From: Gemmatimonadota bacterium
GTDB taxonomy: Bacteria > Gemmatimonadota > Gemmatimonadetes > Longimicrobiales > RSA9
Direction: 5' to 3'
NCBI GenBank assembly: GCA_040905425.1
Contig: JBBDRO010000008.1
Coordinates: forward strand, 1-61,415
DNA length: 61,415 nucleotides
In this document: piece by piece, positions 1-10,884 of the stretch
Position numbering within the stretch: the first letter of the stretch is position 1
Layout: every line of letters begins with the position of its first letter
Translations under genes and position numbers: made by a program
Notes under the pieces: model-generated
What the model was told of the DNA's origin: nothing
Databases searched by the model: none
Seen by the model: the letters and a program-made list of their open reading frames with translations, nothing else

Positions 1-91
1 ACGGCAATGAAGCCGCGCCTCGACTGAATCCCTCCGCACCCCTATCTTGTGCCCTCGTGTTACCTGACCCGGCCGCACCCCGGCCCGCCGC

Positions 92-850
92 ATGAGCGCG
101 AAAGTCCGCGCCTGGCTCGAGAACGTGGGCAACGCCGCCCTCATGGGGTGGGCCATCGCCCGCGTCCTGCCCTACCCACGCCAGTACCTGGCGTCCGCGC
201 TCAGCCAGGCCTACAACATGGGCATCCGCTCCCTGCCCCTGGTGCTCATAATGGCCTTCCTGGGCGGGGCCGTGACCTCCCAGCAGACGGGCGCGCAGTT
301 CACCGGGGGGCTCCCCCTCTGGGTCATCGGCAGCGTACTGGCCGCCAGCGTGCTCACCGAACTCGGGCCCCTCCTGACCGCCATCGTCATGATGGCCCGC
401 GTGGGCGCGGCCATCGCCGCCGAACTGGCGTCCATGAAGGTCACTGAGCAGATCGACGCCCTGTACGCCATGGGCCGCGATCCGATCAGCTTCCTCGTGG
501 TGCCGCGCGTGGTGGCCGGCCTGCTGGTCTTCCCCCCGCTGGTCATCCTGGCGGACTTCACCGGCATCGCGGCGGGCTGGGGGGTGGGGCTGCTGGCCGT
601 GGACGGGCTGACCAGCGCCGACATCATTTTCGGCATGCGCTTCTACTTCCGGCCCTGGTCCCTGTTCTTCTCGGTGCTCAAGGGCGGCGTCTTCGGGCTG
701 GCCATCACCTTCATTGCCTGCTATGTGGGTCTCCAGGGCACCGGCGGCGCGGAGGGAGTCGGGCGCACGACCACCACGGCCGTGGTGGCCACCACGCTGG
801 CGCTCATGGTGCTGGACGTGCTGATGGCACCCGTTCTGAAAGCTTTCTAG
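92..850 (+). CDS. mlaE: MlaE-family ABC transporter permease
   Basis: ELGPLLTAIVMMARVGAAIAAELASMKVTEQIDAL and GGAEGVGRTTT signatures; followed by ATPase and MCE genes. Confidence 0.93.
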   Translation: MSAKVRAWLENVGNAALMGWAIARVLPYPRQYLASALSQAYNMGIRSLPLVLIMAFLGGAVTSQQTGAQFTGGLPLWVIGSVLAASVLTELGPLLTAIVMMARVGAAIAAELASMKVTEQIDALYAMGRDPISFLVVPRVVAGLLVFPPLVILADFTGIAAGWGVGLLAVDGLTSADIIFGMRFYFRPWSLFFSVLKGGVFGLAITFIACYVGLQGTGGAEGVGRTTTTAVVATTLALMVLDVLMAPVLKAF

Positions 851-915
851 CCCCGCCGGGGTATACCCGTGCGGCACGTGCGTAGCAGACGTCCGGACCG
901 TAGTTTGGAGCCGCT

Positions 916-1659
916 ATGATCGAATTCAAGAACCTGAAGAAGGCCTTCGGGGACAACGTGGTGCTGGACGGCGTGGATCTCCTCGTGGAGGAGGGGGAAA
1001 CGCTCGCCCTGCTGGGGCCCTCCGGTACGGGCAAGAGTGTGCTGTTGAAGCACGCCATCGGCCTCCTGGAAGCCGACGAGGGAGACGTGGTGGTGGACGG
1101 CATCTCCATTTCCAGCGCCACGGCCGAGGAGTTGAAGGGGGTGCGCCGGCGTCTCGGGTACGTGTTCCAGAACGCGGCGCTGTTCGATTCGCTCACGGTG
1201 GCCGAGAACCTCTGTCTGGCACAGGATGACGAAAACCTGACCCGGGGCGTGGGCGGATGCCACCAGGAGGCGGTGGACCTGCTGCGGCGCGTGAACATGC
1301 CGGCCGACGTACTGGACAAGATGCCCTCGGAACTCTCGGGCGGAATGCGCAAGCGCGTGGGCGTGGCGCGCGCCATTGCCAGCCAGCCGCGCTACCTGCT
1401 CTGGGACGAGCCCACCACCGGTCTGGATCCCGTCAACGCGGACAACATCGACGAACTGATCCTGGAGCTCGGCCGCGAGCTGGGCGTCACGAGCATCGTG
1501 GTGACCCACGACCTGGACACCGCGTTCGAGGTGGGTGACCGCATTGCTCTCCTCTACGACGGCCGCATCCGCGCACTGGGCACACCGCAAGAGATGCTGG
1601 CCAACACCGATCCCATCGTGATGCGCTTCGTGCGCCGATCCTCCATTGCAGCGGCCTAG
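916..1659 (+). CDS. mlaF: MlaF-family ABC transporter ATP-binding protein
   Basis: Walker A GPSGTGKS, signature LSGGMRKRV, Walker B LLWDEPTTGLDP; operon context. Confidence 0.93.
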   Translation: MIEFKNLKKAFGDNVVLDGVDLLVEEGETLALLGPSGTGKSVLLKHAIGLLEADEGDVVVDGISISSATAEELKGVRRRLGYVFQNAALFDSLTVAENLCLAQDDENLTRGVGGCHQEAVDLLRRVNMPADVLDKMPSELSGGMRKRVGVARAIASQPRYLLWDEPTTGLDPVNADNIDELILELGRELGVTSIVVTHDLDTAFEVGDRIALLYDGRIRALGTPQEMLANTDPIVMRFVRRSSIAAA

Positions 1660-1671
1660 GGTGACGACGGC

Positions 1672-2559
1672 ATGAAGACGCGTAGAAATGTGGCGGCGCT
1701 GGGCGCCCTGGTGATGGTGGCGGCCGTGGCGTTCGTCTGGGGGCTCTACTTCTTGCTCGGGACCCCGCTGCTGCGCGGCGGGATGGACGTGGCCGTGGCC
1801 CTGGAGAGCGGCTCGGGGCTCAAGCGCGGGGACCTGGTGCGCGTGGCCGGCGTGGGCATCGGCTCGGTCAAGGAAGTGGATCTCGTGCCGACGGGCGGGG
1901 TGGTGATCGAGCTGCGCCTGAACGAGCGGCTGAACATCCCCAACGACTCGCGTGTGGTGGTGACGGGTGACGTTTTCGGCGCCCACATCGTGGATCTGAT
2001 TCCGGGCGGCTCGGACGCAATGATGCAGGAGGGTGACACGCTGGTAGGCATGGCGGCTCCGGAGCTCACCGACCTGGCCACCGAGTTGGGTGGCCGGGTG
2101 GGTGACCTCCTGGGCCGGGCCGACACACTCCTGGCGCCGGGCACCGTGGCCGACATGCGGGCCACGGCGGCGGCGCTGCCGGAGACCGCGCGGGAGATGC
2201 GCGCGGCCTTCGAGGAATTGCGCATCGCGGCCGCGTCACTCCGGCGTTCGGCCGAGTTGGCGGAAGCGGGGGGCACCGGGGCATCGGTGGCCGCCGCGGC
2301 TCGGGGTGCGGACTCGGCCGCCGCGGCCGTGTCCCTGGCGGCGGAGCGGCTGGATCTCTCGCTGCGCACCTTCGATCGCGCCCTGGGCAACCTCGATTCG
2401 GTGCTCGAGAAGATCGATCGAGGGGACGGGACACTGGGCCTTCTGGTGAATGACCCGGTGCTGTACCAGGACTTCTCGAGCGCCGTCCGGGAGCTGGAAG
2501 CACTGGCGGTGGATCTACGCACGAATCCAAGAAAGTACTTCAACTTCTCGGTCTTCTGA
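1672..2559 (+). CDS. mlaD: MlaD/MCE-family protein
   Basis: N-terminal TM, GLKRGDLVRVAGVGIGSV MCE motif, helical tail ending GTLGLLVND...NPRKY. Confidence 0.88.
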   Translation: MKTRRNVAALGALVMVAAVAFVWGLYFLLGTPLLRGGMDVAVALESGSGLKRGDLVRVAGVGIGSVKEVDLVPTGGVVIELRLNERLNIPNDSRVVVTGDVFGAHIVDLIPGGSDAMMQEGDTLVGMAAPELTDLATELGGRVGDLLGRADTLLAPGTVADMRATAAALPETAREMRAAFEELRIAAASLRRSAELAEAGGTGASVAAAARGADSAAAAVSLAAERLDLSLRTFDRALGNLDSVLEKIDRGDGTLGLLVNDPVLYQDFSSAVRELEALAVDLRTNPRKYFNFSVF

Positions 2560-2677
2560 TGTAGGCTTGCGCAGTCGCACTTACGCCACGCTGCGAGCGC
2601 GGCGCAGGCGGGCCGCCTGAGGCGGACGGTCCGGCCCCGGAGGGCGGGGAGCTGGGTGGAAGAGGAGTGGGGGAGCC

Positions 2678-4942
2678 GTGATCATACGCGATAACGACGT
2701 CCGGCAGTACCATAGCGAGCCCCGACCCGGGAAGCTCGAAGTCATACCTTCCAAGCCGTGCCTCACCCAACGGGATCTGTCCATGGCCTACACCCCCGGT
2801 GTGGCCGTCCCCTGTCTGGACATCGAAAAGGACCCGCACGCCGCCTACGCCTACACCGGCCGTGGCAACCTCGTGGCCGTGGTCACCAACGGCACGGCGG
2901 TGCTCGGCCTCGGCAACATCGGCGCGCTGGCCGGCAAGCCCGTCATGGAGGGTAAGGGGGTCCTCTTCAAGCGCTTTGCCGACGTGGATGTCTTCGACCT
3001 CGAGCTGGATACGGAGGATCCCGACGAGATCATCCGGGCCTGTAAGCTCATGGAGCCCACTTTCGGTGGCATCAATCTGGAGGACATCAAGGCCCCGGAG
3101 TGCTTCTACATCGAAGAGACCCTGAAGCGGGAGATGCAGATCCCGGTCTTCCACGATGATCAGCACGGTACGGCCATCATCAGCAGCGCCGCGCTGCTCA
3201 ACGCCCTCGAGATCACCGGCAAGGACATTGCCCAGGTGCGGGTGGTCTTCAGCGGCGCCGGCGCCGCCGGCATTGCTTGCGCCGACATGTACGTGGCCCT
3301 GGGCGTGGACCCCGCCAACGTACTCATGGTGGACAGCAAGGGCGTCCTCCACGAGGGTCGAGGTGACGACTGGTCGCGCAACAAGTACAAGCAGCGCTAC
3401 GTGCGGGAGACGGATCGCCACACGCTGGCCCAGGCCATGGACGGCGCCGACGTCTTCGTGGGCGTTTCGCTGAAGGATCTGGTCACCCAGGACATGGTGC
3501 GCTCCATGGCGGAGCGGCCGATCGTCTTCGCCATGGCCAACCCCGATCCTGAGATCAGCTATGAGGCGGCCAAGGAGGCCCGCCCGGACGTGATCATGGC
3601 TACGGGGCGCTCCGACTATCCCAACCAGGTCAACAACGTCCTGGGCTTCCCTTTCATCTTCCGGGGCGCCCTCGACGTGCGGGCCAGCGCCATCAACGAC
3701 CAGATGAAGATCGCCGCGGCCAGGGCGTTGGCGGATCTGGCCAAGGAAGACGTGCCGGATTCCGTGCTCAAGGCATACGGGGGCGAACGCTTTTCCTTCG
3801 GCCCCGAGTACATCATTCCCAAACCCTTCGATGCGCGGGTGCTGACCTGGGAAGCGCCGGCCGTGGCTCGCGCCGCCATGGAGAGCGGCGTGGCGCGCGA
3901 GCCTATCGAGGACTGGGATGCCTATACCGCCGGTCTCGAGCGGCGCTTGCATGGCAAGAGCTATCAGGTGGTGCGCGACATCATGCAGAAGGCCCGTGAA
4001 GCCGGGAACCGGCGCATCGTCTTCCCGGAGGGCACCGAAGAGAAGATCCTGCGCGCTTGCCAGGTGATCCTGGACGAGGGGCTGGCCACTCCCGTACTGC
4101 TCGGTAAGCCGGATGAGATTCGTGGCAGGGCAGCGGAACTAGGGCTGGACCTCGAGGGCGCGGAAATCGTGGATCGGGAGCATTCACCGCGGCTGGATGA
4201 CTTTGCCGCGCGTCTCTACGAGCGTCGGCAGCGCCATGGCATGACCACCTTCCGCGCCCGACGCTTGCTCGGGGATCCCGCGGTCTTCGGCATCATGATG
4301 GTGGAAATGGGGGAGGCCGACGGGCTGGTTTGCGGCCTCAATCGGGCCTATCCGGATACCATCCGACCCGCGTTGCAGCTGATCGGTCTGAAGGAGGGGG
4401 TGTCCCGCGTGGCCGGCATCTACGCGGTCATCGTGAAGGATCGTGTCCTCATGTTCGCCGATGCCACGGTGAACATCGAGCCCAGCGCGGCCGACCTGGC
4501 CGAGATTGCCATCAACGCCGCCGCGGTGGCGCGCGCCGAGTTCGATATCGAGCCGCGCGTGGCCATGCTCTCCTTCAGCACTTTCGGGTCGAATAAGCAT
4601 CCCTTCGCCGTGAAGGTCAGCCGTGCGGTGGACCTCGTCCGCCAGCGCGATCCGGCGCTGCTCGTGGACGGTGAGATGGCGCCGGACACAGCGCTCCTAC
4701 CCGAGATCGTGGAGACTTCCTTCCCGCATTCCCTCATCAAGGGAGACGCCAACGTACTCATCTTCCCGGATCTGCAGTCGGGCAACATTGCATTGAAGCT
4801 TGTGCAGCGGCTGGCGGGCGCCGAGACCATCGGTCCCCTCCTGATGGGTCTCAGGCGGCCGGTGAACGTCCTGAACCATTACTCTACCGTGCAGGAGATC
4901 GTGAGCATCTCGGCGCTCACCGCGGTGATGGCCGACCGGTGA
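2678..4942 (+). CDS. maeB: NADP-dependent malic enzyme with C-terminal phosphotransacetylase-like domain
   Basis: [35 protein letters not shown] motifs plus PTA-like domain; GTG start after GGGAG. Confidence 0.96.
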   Translation: MIIRDNDVRQYHSEPRPGKLEVIPSKPCLTQRDLSMAYTPGVAVPCLDIEKDPHAAYAYTGRGNLVAVVTNGTAVLGLGNIGALAGKPVMEGKGVLFKRFADVDVFDLELDTEDPDEIIRACKLMEPTFGGINLEDIKAPECFYIEETLKREMQIPVFHDDQHGTAIISSAALLNALEITGKDIAQVRVVFSGAGAAGIACADMYVALGVDPANVLMVDSKGVLHEGRGDDWSRNKYKQRYVRETDRHTLAQAMDGADVFVGVSLKDLVTQDMVRSMAERPIVFAMANPDPEISYEAAKEARPDVIMATGRSDYPNQVNNVLGFPFIFRGALDVRASAINDQMKIAAARALADLAKEDVPDSVLKAYGGERFSFGPEYIIPKPFDARVLTWEAPAVARAAMESGVAREPIEDWDAYTAGLERRLHGKSYQVVRDIMQKAREAGNRRIVFPEGTEEKILRACQVILDEGLATPVLLGKPDEIRGRAAELGLDLEGAEIVDREHSPRLDDFAARLYERRQRHGMTTFRARRLLGDPAVFGIMMVEMGEADGLVCGLNRAYPDTIRPALQLIGLKEGVSRVAGIYAVIVKDRVLMFADATVNIEPSAADLAEIAINAAAVARAEFDIEPRVAMLSFSTFGSNKHPFAVKVSRAVDLVRQRDPALLVDGEMAPDTALLPEIVETSFPHSLIKGDANVLIFPDLQSGNIALKLVQRLAGAETIGPLLMGLRRPVNVLNHYSTVQEIVSISALTAVMADR

Positions 4943-5106
4943 CCGCGGACCCGGTCCGGGCCGTGCCAGAGGATGCAAGGACAGTGGCTCTGGACCGCCT
5001 GCCGATTGATGGATGGGCCGGCAAGCCCCACATTTCGCGTGATCAGCAGCGCACTACCGTGGGCGGCCCCGGAGGTTCCGTGCAGGAAACGTTGGCTGGA
5101 AAACGA

Positions 5107-5337
5107 ATGCAGGACCCAGAGTCACCCGAGGACGTGGTACGGCGTGCCCTGCGCGAAGCCCCGTTCGCGCTGCGGCAGCTCGCCGCCGAAAGCGGCCTCA
5201 GCTACGACGTGCTCCGCTCCTGGCGCAGTGGACGTCGGCGCCCGAGCCGCGCGAGCATTCGGAGACTGGCGGACGGTCTGGCCAGTCGCACCGCCCGCCT
5301 GAATGCCCTGGCGGAGGAGCTGCGGGCCCTGGACTGA
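5107..5337 (+). CDS. Small XRE-like helix-turn-helix protein
   Basis: LRQLAAESGLSYDVLRSWRSGRRRPS resembles an HTH_3 motif; start uncertain (frame open back to GTG 4939 overlapping the maeB stop). Confidence 0.7.
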   Translation: MQDPESPEDVVRRALREAPFALRQLAAESGLSYDVLRSWRSGRRRPSRASIRRLADGLASRTARLNALAEELRALD

Positions 5338-5357
5338 CGCGGCGTGGCTGGAGCTCG

Positions 5358-5400
5358 GCGCGCCCCTCGGCACCCGGTTCCTCCGGGGCGGGGGGCGCGC
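5358..5400 (+). terminator. GC-rich hairpin after HTH gene
   Basis: GCGCGCCCCTCG (5358-5369) pairs with CGGGGGGCGCGC (5389-5400); inner CCCGG/CCGGG stem; no U-tract. Confidence 0.35.
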
Positions 5401-5494
5401 GTCGTTGGGGGCGTAGACCTCCGAGCCGGAGGCACGGCCGTTGCCATGGACTCGGGGCAGGGCGCATGAACGCAGCAGCACAGAGGTACCAACC

Positions 5495-5818
5495 ATGATC
5501 ACCGCCGGCCTCCGCATGGTCCTCCTTCTTTTCGCAGCCGCCGGGTTCGCGGGAGCCGGCGCGGCACTGGCCGTGGTTCGGCAGCGCTTCCTCGTTGAGG
5601 GCGAGCAGGATGCCGGCATGGTCTCCGTGGCCATCATCCTCCTTGCCTTCGGCGCGCTCTGCGCCTGGATGGGTGTGGGTCCCGGCGCGGTGCTTGGCTA
5701 CGGCGGCGTGGTGCTGTGGATCTCCTACGTGGTGGGCGCCCGGCGGCTCGGCCTCTTCCACGTGGCCACGGGTGCTCCCAGGACCACCGCGCTGGAGGAG
5801 ACGCGCGGCGGACGCTGA
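5495..5818 (+). CDS. Small multi-pass membrane protein
   Basis: GAGG RBS before ATG 5495; several hydrophobic segments. Confidence 0.7.
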   Translation: MITAGLRMVLLLFAAAGFAGAGAALAVVRQRFLVEGEQDAGMVSVAIILLAFGALCAWMGVGPGAVLGYGGVVLWISYVVGARRLGLFHVATGAPRTTALEETRGGR

Positions 5819-5917
5819 TTCCCACCGGCTTCCACGTTGCTGGCTCGTAGACCTGCCGGTATGTTGTCCGCCGCCCTGCCGATGGGCACGCGCCGTCGCA
5901 GCCCCCGAGCCGGAAAC

Positions 5918-7243
5918 ATGGCCAACAAAGCTACCGACCCCATGGACAAACTCGTCTCCCTGTGCAAACAGCGGGGCTACATCTTCCAATCCTCCGAGAT
6001 CTACGGCGGCACCGGTTCCGTGTGGGACTACGGCCCCCTGGGCGTGGAGTTGCAGCGCAACGTGAAGGAGGCCTGGTGGCGCTCCATGGTCCACGAGCGG
6101 GATGACATCGAGGGCATGGACGCGGCCATCCTCATGCACCCCCGGGTGTGGGAGGCCAGCGGACATGTCTCCGGCTTCACGGATCCCCTCATCGAGTGCG
6201 GCAACTGCCACCGGCGCTTCCGTGCCGATCATCCCGATGTGGCGGATGGCCAGTGTCCGGTGTGCGGCACGAAGGACACGTTCGGTGAGCCGCGCCAGTT
6301 CAACCTCATGTTCAAGACCTTCATGGGCCCCGTGGAGGAGGACGCTTCCGTGGTGTACCTGAGGCCGGAGACGGCCCAGGGCTCCTACGTGAATTTCCAG
6401 AACGTGGCCACCTCCGCCCGCCAGCGGATCCCCTTCGGCATCGCGCAGATCGGCAAGGCGTTCAGGAACGAGATCACCCCCGGCAACTTCATCTTCCGGA
6501 CCCGTGAGTTCGAGCAGATGGAGATGCAGTACTTCGTGGAGCCGGGCACCGACGAGGAGTGGTTCGAGTACTGGAAGGCCCGCCGCATGGAGTGGGTGAC
6601 CTCGCTGGGCATCCGCCCCGAGAAGCTCCGCTTCCACGAGCACGGCCCCGATGAGCTGGCCCACTACGCCAAGGCCGCCTTCGACATCGAATACGAGTTC
6701 CCCTTCGGCTGGCACGAGTTCGAAGGCATCCACAACCGCACGGATTTCGACCTGAGGCGCCACCAGGAATTCTCGGGGAAGAAGCTCGAGTACGTGGACC
6801 AGATGGACAGGAGCAAGCGCTTCCTGCCCTTCGTGATCGAAACGGCGGTGGGCGTGGGGCGCACGGTGCTGGCGGCGTTGGCCGACGCCTACCGTGAGGA
6901 GGAGGTGGAGGGTGAGAGCCGCACGGTGCTGGCGCTGCACCCGCGCCTGGCGCCCATCAAGGCGGCCGTCCTCCCGCTGGTCAAGAAGGACGGCATGCCC
7001 GAACTGGCCGACAACATCCACGCCGCGCTCCGCAAGGCCGGCATCCCCTCGTTTCACGACACCAGCGGCTCGATCGGCCGCCGCTACCGGCGCCAGGACG
7101 AGGCGGGTACCCCGTTCGCCATCACCGTGGACGGGCAGTCCACGGAGGATGGCACGGTGACGGTCCGGGATCGGGACACCCTGGCGCAGGAGCGCATCGC
7201 GGCGGACGCCGTGGTGAGCTGGCTGCGCGAGCGCGTCGGGTAA
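5918..7243 (+). CDS. glyQS: Glycine--tRNA ligase, homodimeric (alpha2) type
   Basis: DYGPLG, YLRPETAQG, FRNEITP...FRTREFEQME, SIGRRYRRQDE motifs. Confidence 0.96.
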   Translation: MANKATDPMDKLVSLCKQRGYIFQSSEIYGGTGSVWDYGPLGVELQRNVKEAWWRSMVHERDDIEGMDAAILMHPRVWEASGHVSGFTDPLIECGNCHRRFRADHPDVADGQCPVCGTKDTFGEPRQFNLMFKTFMGPVEEDASVVYLRPETAQGSYVNFQNVATSARQRIPFGIAQIGKAFRNEITPGNFIFRTREFEQMEMQYFVEPGTDEEWFEYWKARRMEWVTSLGIRPEKLRFHEHGPDELAHYAKAAFDIEYEFPFGWHEFEGIHNRTDFDLRRHQEFSGKKLEYVDQMDRSKRFLPFVIETAVGVGRTVLAALADAYREEEVEGESRTVLALHPRLAPIKAAVLPLVKKDGMPELADNIHAALRKAGIPSFHDTSGSIGRRYRRQDEAGTPFAITVDGQSTEDGTVTVRDRDTLAQERIAADAVVSWLRERVG

Positions 7244-7281
7244 CGAGTACACTACAAGCGAACGCCGGCAGAAGGAGGCAC

Positions 7282-8748
7282 GTGGCGCAGCGGCAGCTCT
7301 TCTCGAGTCGTTGGGGGATGCTCGTGGCCATGCTCGGCATGGCCGTGGGCACCGGCAACATCTGGCGTTTCCCCCGCATCGCGGCCACCAATGGTGGCGG
7401 CTCCTTCCTGGTGGCGTGGGTGGTCTTCCTGCTGCTCTGGTCGGTGCCCCTTCTCCTGGTGGAGTTTGCCATGGGGAAGAAGACGCGCTTCGGTACGGTG
7501 GGCGCGTTCGCGCAGATCATGGGGCGGAAGTACGCGTGGATGGGCGCGTGGGTAGCGTGGACCGCCATTGCCATCATGTTCACCTACGCGGTGGTGGCGG
7601 GGTGGACCATCCGCTACTCGCTGGCGGCCATCTTCGGTCAGATCCCCCTGGAGAATCCCGGTGCATTGTGGGAGAGTTTCTCCTACTCGTGGTCCGTCCC
7701 GCTCTTCCAGGGCCTGGCCCTGCTCATGGGCCTGGTGGTGGTGGCGCGCGGCGTGAGCGGTATCGAGCGGGCGGCCCGTTTCCTCATTCCCTCCCTCTTC
7801 GTCCTGGTCCTGGTCCTGGCCATCCGGGCCGTCACGCTGCCGGGTGCGGAGCTCGGCCTGAACTTCCTCTTCACGCCCACCTGGGAAGGCATCACGGACT
7901 ATCGCGTGTGGCTGGCCGCGCTCACGCAGAACGCCTGGGACACCGGCGCGGGGTGGGGGCTGGTGCTCACCTACGCCGTCTACCTGCGTAAGCATGAAGA
8001 CACGGCGCTGAACGCCTTCATGCTGGGCTTCGGCAACAACGCAGTCTCCCTGCTCGCGGGCATCATGGTCCTGTGCACGGTCTTCTCCATCATGCCGGAC
8101 GCCGCGAACCAGATCGTGGGCGCGGACAATGAGGGGATCACCTTCATCTGGGTGCCGCAGCTCTTTGCGCGCATGCCCGCGGGCAGCCTCTTCATGGTCC
8201 TGTTCTTCGTGGCGCTCTTCTTTGCCGCCATCTCCAGCCTGATTTCCATGATCGAGCTGGCCACGCGCGTGCTGGAGGATGGCGGCATGAGCCGGCTCAG
8301 GGCCGTGGTGATGATCGGCTTCGTCGCTTTCATCATGGGCCTCCCCTCGGCCGTGAACCAGAACATGTTCCTGAATCAGGACTTTGTCTGGAGCGTGGGC
8401 CTCATGGTGTCGGGGCTCTTCTTTGCCCTGGCCGTCTTCAAGTTCGGGGTAAACCGCTTCCGCACCGAGCTCATCAACACCGCCAGCTCGGACATGCATA
8501 TCGGCCGCTGGTGGAACGTAGCCATGGGCCTGGTCATCGTGCAGGCCGTGGTGCTGGTGGTCTGGTGGCTCGTGCAGGTGCGCGGCGAGGGTCTCTGGAG
8601 CATCTACGGGATCGGCAACATGATGGCCCAGTTCGCCGTGGCGCTCATCCTGTTCGGCGCACTGAACGGGTGGATGGTGCGCCGCACGCACCCGGAGCAG
8701 GAGCGCACGGCGCCTCCTCCGGGGGAGATGCCGCCCGCCATTCCCTGA
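7282..8748 (+). CDS. Sodium-dependent NSS (SNF) family transporter
   Basis: GMAVGTGNIWRFP and NGGGSFL TM1/2 motif, many TMs; AGGAGG RBS with GTG start. Confidence 0.92.
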   Translation: MAQRQLFSSRWGMLVAMLGMAVGTGNIWRFPRIAATNGGGSFLVAWVVFLLLWSVPLLLVEFAMGKKTRFGTVGAFAQIMGRKYAWMGAWVAWTAIAIMFTYAVVAGWTIRYSLAAIFGQIPLENPGALWESFSYSWSVPLFQGLALLMGLVVVARGVSGIERAARFLIPSLFVLVLVLAIRAVTLPGAELGLNFLFTPTWEGITDYRVWLAALTQNAWDTGAGWGLVLTYAVYLRKHEDTALNAFMLGFGNNAVSLLAGIMVLCTVFSIMPDAANQIVGADNEGITFIWVPQLFARMPAGSLFMVLFFVALFFAAISSLISMIELATRVLEDGGMSRLRAVVMIGFVAFIMGLPSAVNQNMFLNQDFVWSVGLMVSGLFFALAVFKFGVNRFRTELINTASSDMHIGRWWNVAMGLVIVQAVVLVVWWLVQVRGEGLWSIYGIGNMMAQFAVALILFGALNGWMVRRTHPEQERTAPPPGEMPPAIP

Positions 8749-8822
8749 GGCGGCAAGCGACGATGCGCGTCACCTTCCGGGGGGCCGTCCCTCGGTCGTC
8801 CCAGCCACCTGCCCGAGGTGTC

Positions 8823-10106
8823 ATGATCGAACGGCGTGCGCTGTCCTGCTCGGCCGGATTCCTACCGCTAGCGGCGGCCCTGCTCACGGCCTGCGCGCCC
8901 GATGCCGGCGCGCCGGCGTCCACGGCCACGGTGGACAGCACGGGCGCGCCCATCGTCGAGTATACCCATGTGCCCGATCTGCTGCCCACCGTGGCGCGGC
9001 TCGATCCGGAGGCCCTGGTCATTGGCCAGCGCGACGGCCCCTTGGCCTACACCTTCGGGCGCATCGCGGCGGTGGCGCTCCTCCCGGATGGCGGCGTGGC
9101 CGTGGCCGATTCCCGCGCGCGCGAAGTGCGCCTCTTCGGCGCCGGCGGCAACCATGTGGCAACGCTGGGCGGGCAGGGGGAGGGGCCCGGCGAATTCCGC
9201 TCGCTGTCCGGCCTGGCTGGCGTGGCCGGGGACACGGTGTGGGCGTGGGACGCCCAGGCCCAGCGCCTCACCGGCTTTCTTAGCGACGGTACAGTCGTGG
9301 CGGAGGCCACACGCGAGGGTGAATTCGTCGGCCGCATCCTGCGCCTGGACCGGCTGGCCGACGGCACGTTCGTGGGTCGATCCGCCTGGCGCCTGCCGGG
9401 TGCGTCAGCCAATCGCCAGGTGGACTGGCACGTGGCCCGTGACACGGTGGTGCTCCGCCACCTCGACGCCGGGCTGGCGCTGCTGGACACGGTGGTGGTG
9501 TTGCCGGGGCGGGAGTATCTGCTGGCCGAGAACACAGCGGCTGCCGCCGGCACCTTCAGCACCTCCAGGGCGGAGCGACCCAGGCCCTTTACCCGCTCCC
9601 TGTATTACGACGTGACTCCGGGTGGCGTGGTCACCGGCGTCAGCGACGCCTTTGCGTGGGTCCACCGGGGCGCTGACGGCGCGGTCCGCCGCACGGTGCG
9701 CGCTCCGGCACTCGACCGGCCCATAACGCCGGAGCACGTGGAGGCGCTCAAGGCCCGGTACAGGGCGGGTCCGGGGGGAGACAAGGCCCGTGTGGAAACC
9801 CTGTTCGGGGACTTCCCCCTGCCAGACACGCTACCCGCCTTCGAGGCGCTGCACGTGGATGACCGCGGCCGGGTCTGGCTGTCCCGCTTCCGGCTGCACG
9901 ACGAGGGGCCCACCCGCTGGGTGGTCTTCGATCCGGCGGGAGAGCTGCTGGGGCGGGCGGAAACGCCCTGGCCGTTCGAGGTCCACCACATCGGTCAGGG
10001 CCACGTCATCGGGGTGCGGTGGGACGAGTTCGACGTGTCGTACGTGGCGCGCTACGCCCTGGAGGAGCTCATCCAGGGTGCGGCCGTGCCGCGGCCGCTG
10101 GACTGA
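8823..10106 (+). CDS. 6-bladed beta-propeller lipoprotein
   Basis: Lipobox LLTAC, GGQGEGPGEF, WVVFDPAGELLG; paralog of 57814 and 59222; start could be 8763. Confidence 0.8.
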   Translation: MIERRALSCSAGFLPLAAALLTACAPDAGAPASTATVDSTGAPIVEYTHVPDLLPTVARLDPEALVIGQRDGPLAYTFGRIAAVALLPDGGVAVADSRAREVRLFGAGGNHVATLGGQGEGPGEFRSLSGLAGVAGDTVWAWDAQAQRLTGFLSDGTVVAEATREGEFVGRILRLDRLADGTFVGRSAWRLPGASANRQVDWHVARDTVVLRHLDAGLALLDTVVVLPGREYLLAENTAAAAGTFSTSRAERPRPFTRSLYYDVTPGGVVTGVSDAFAWVHRGADGAVRRTVRAPALDRPITPEHVEALKARYRAGPGGDKARVETLFGDFPLPDTLPAFEALHVDDRGRVWLSRFRLHDEGPTRWVVFDPAGELLGRAETPWPFEVHHIGQGHVIGVRWDEFDVSYVARYALEELIQGAAVPRPLD

Positions 10107-10111
10107 GCGCC

Positions 10112-10834
10112 GTGCGTTTCGAGGACTTCGAGCGCCGGGCCGTGGAGGAGTGGGAGCGGATCCCGGAGAGCTACAAGGAGGGCGTGGACGGCCTCGTGGT
10201 GAGCCGCGAGGCGCGCGCCCATCCCGACCGTCCCGGCATCTACACGCTCGGCGAGTGCGTGACCGAGGAGTACCACTCGGATTACGCGGGGCCCGAGTCG
10301 CTCCGCTCACAGCTGGTCCTCTACTACGGTTCTTTCCGCCGCCTGGCCATGGAGGAGGAGGGGTTCGACTGGGAGGGCGAGCTGTGGGAGACGCTCACCC
10401 ACGAGCTGCAGCACCACCTGGAAGCGCTGGCCCGTGACGAGGGTCTCCTGGACGTGGACTACGCGGTCGAGGAGAACTTCAAGCGCGTGGCCGGCGAGCC
10501 CTTCGACCCCGTCTTCTACCGCGGCGGTGAGCCGCTCGCGCCCGGCGTCTGGCTGGTGGATCAGGACGTCTTCATCGAACAGCCCTGGCCGGCGGCTGCA
10601 CCGGCCTCCGCGGAACTGACCTGGGAGGACGCGGCGTGGCGGGTCCCCGTGCCCCCCGAGCCGGAGGGGGACGTGCTGTTGCTCCGCCTCGCGAATCTGG
10701 AGAGCGAGCGTGGGGAGGTTGTGCTCGCGCTCGTCCGGCCGCTGGGTTTCGGGGACCGGCTGCGTCTGCTGCTGCGCGGCGGCCGGTTGCGTGGCCAGGA
10801 GCGCGAGGTGGTGGCCGAACCGGTGACCCATTGA
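10112..10834 (+). CDS. Zincin-like metallopeptidase family protein
   Basis: ETLTHELQHH HExxH motif preceded by LVLYYGSF. Confidence 0.75.
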   Translation: MRFEDFERRAVEEWERIPESYKEGVDGLVVSREARAHPDRPGIYTLGECVTEEYHSDYAGPESLRSQLVLYYGSFRRLAMEEEGFDWEGELWETLTHELQHHLEALARDEGLLDVDYAVEENFKRVAGEPFDPVFYRGGEPLAPGVWLVDQDVFIEQPWPAAAPASAELTWEDAAWRVPVPPEPEGDVLLLRLANLESERGEVVLALVRPLGFGDRLRLLLRGGRLRGQEREVVAEPVTH

Positions 10835-10884
10835 GTCTTCCGGGGCGGGTTTCCCCACCTCCGCGCCGGCCCTATCATGCGCGC

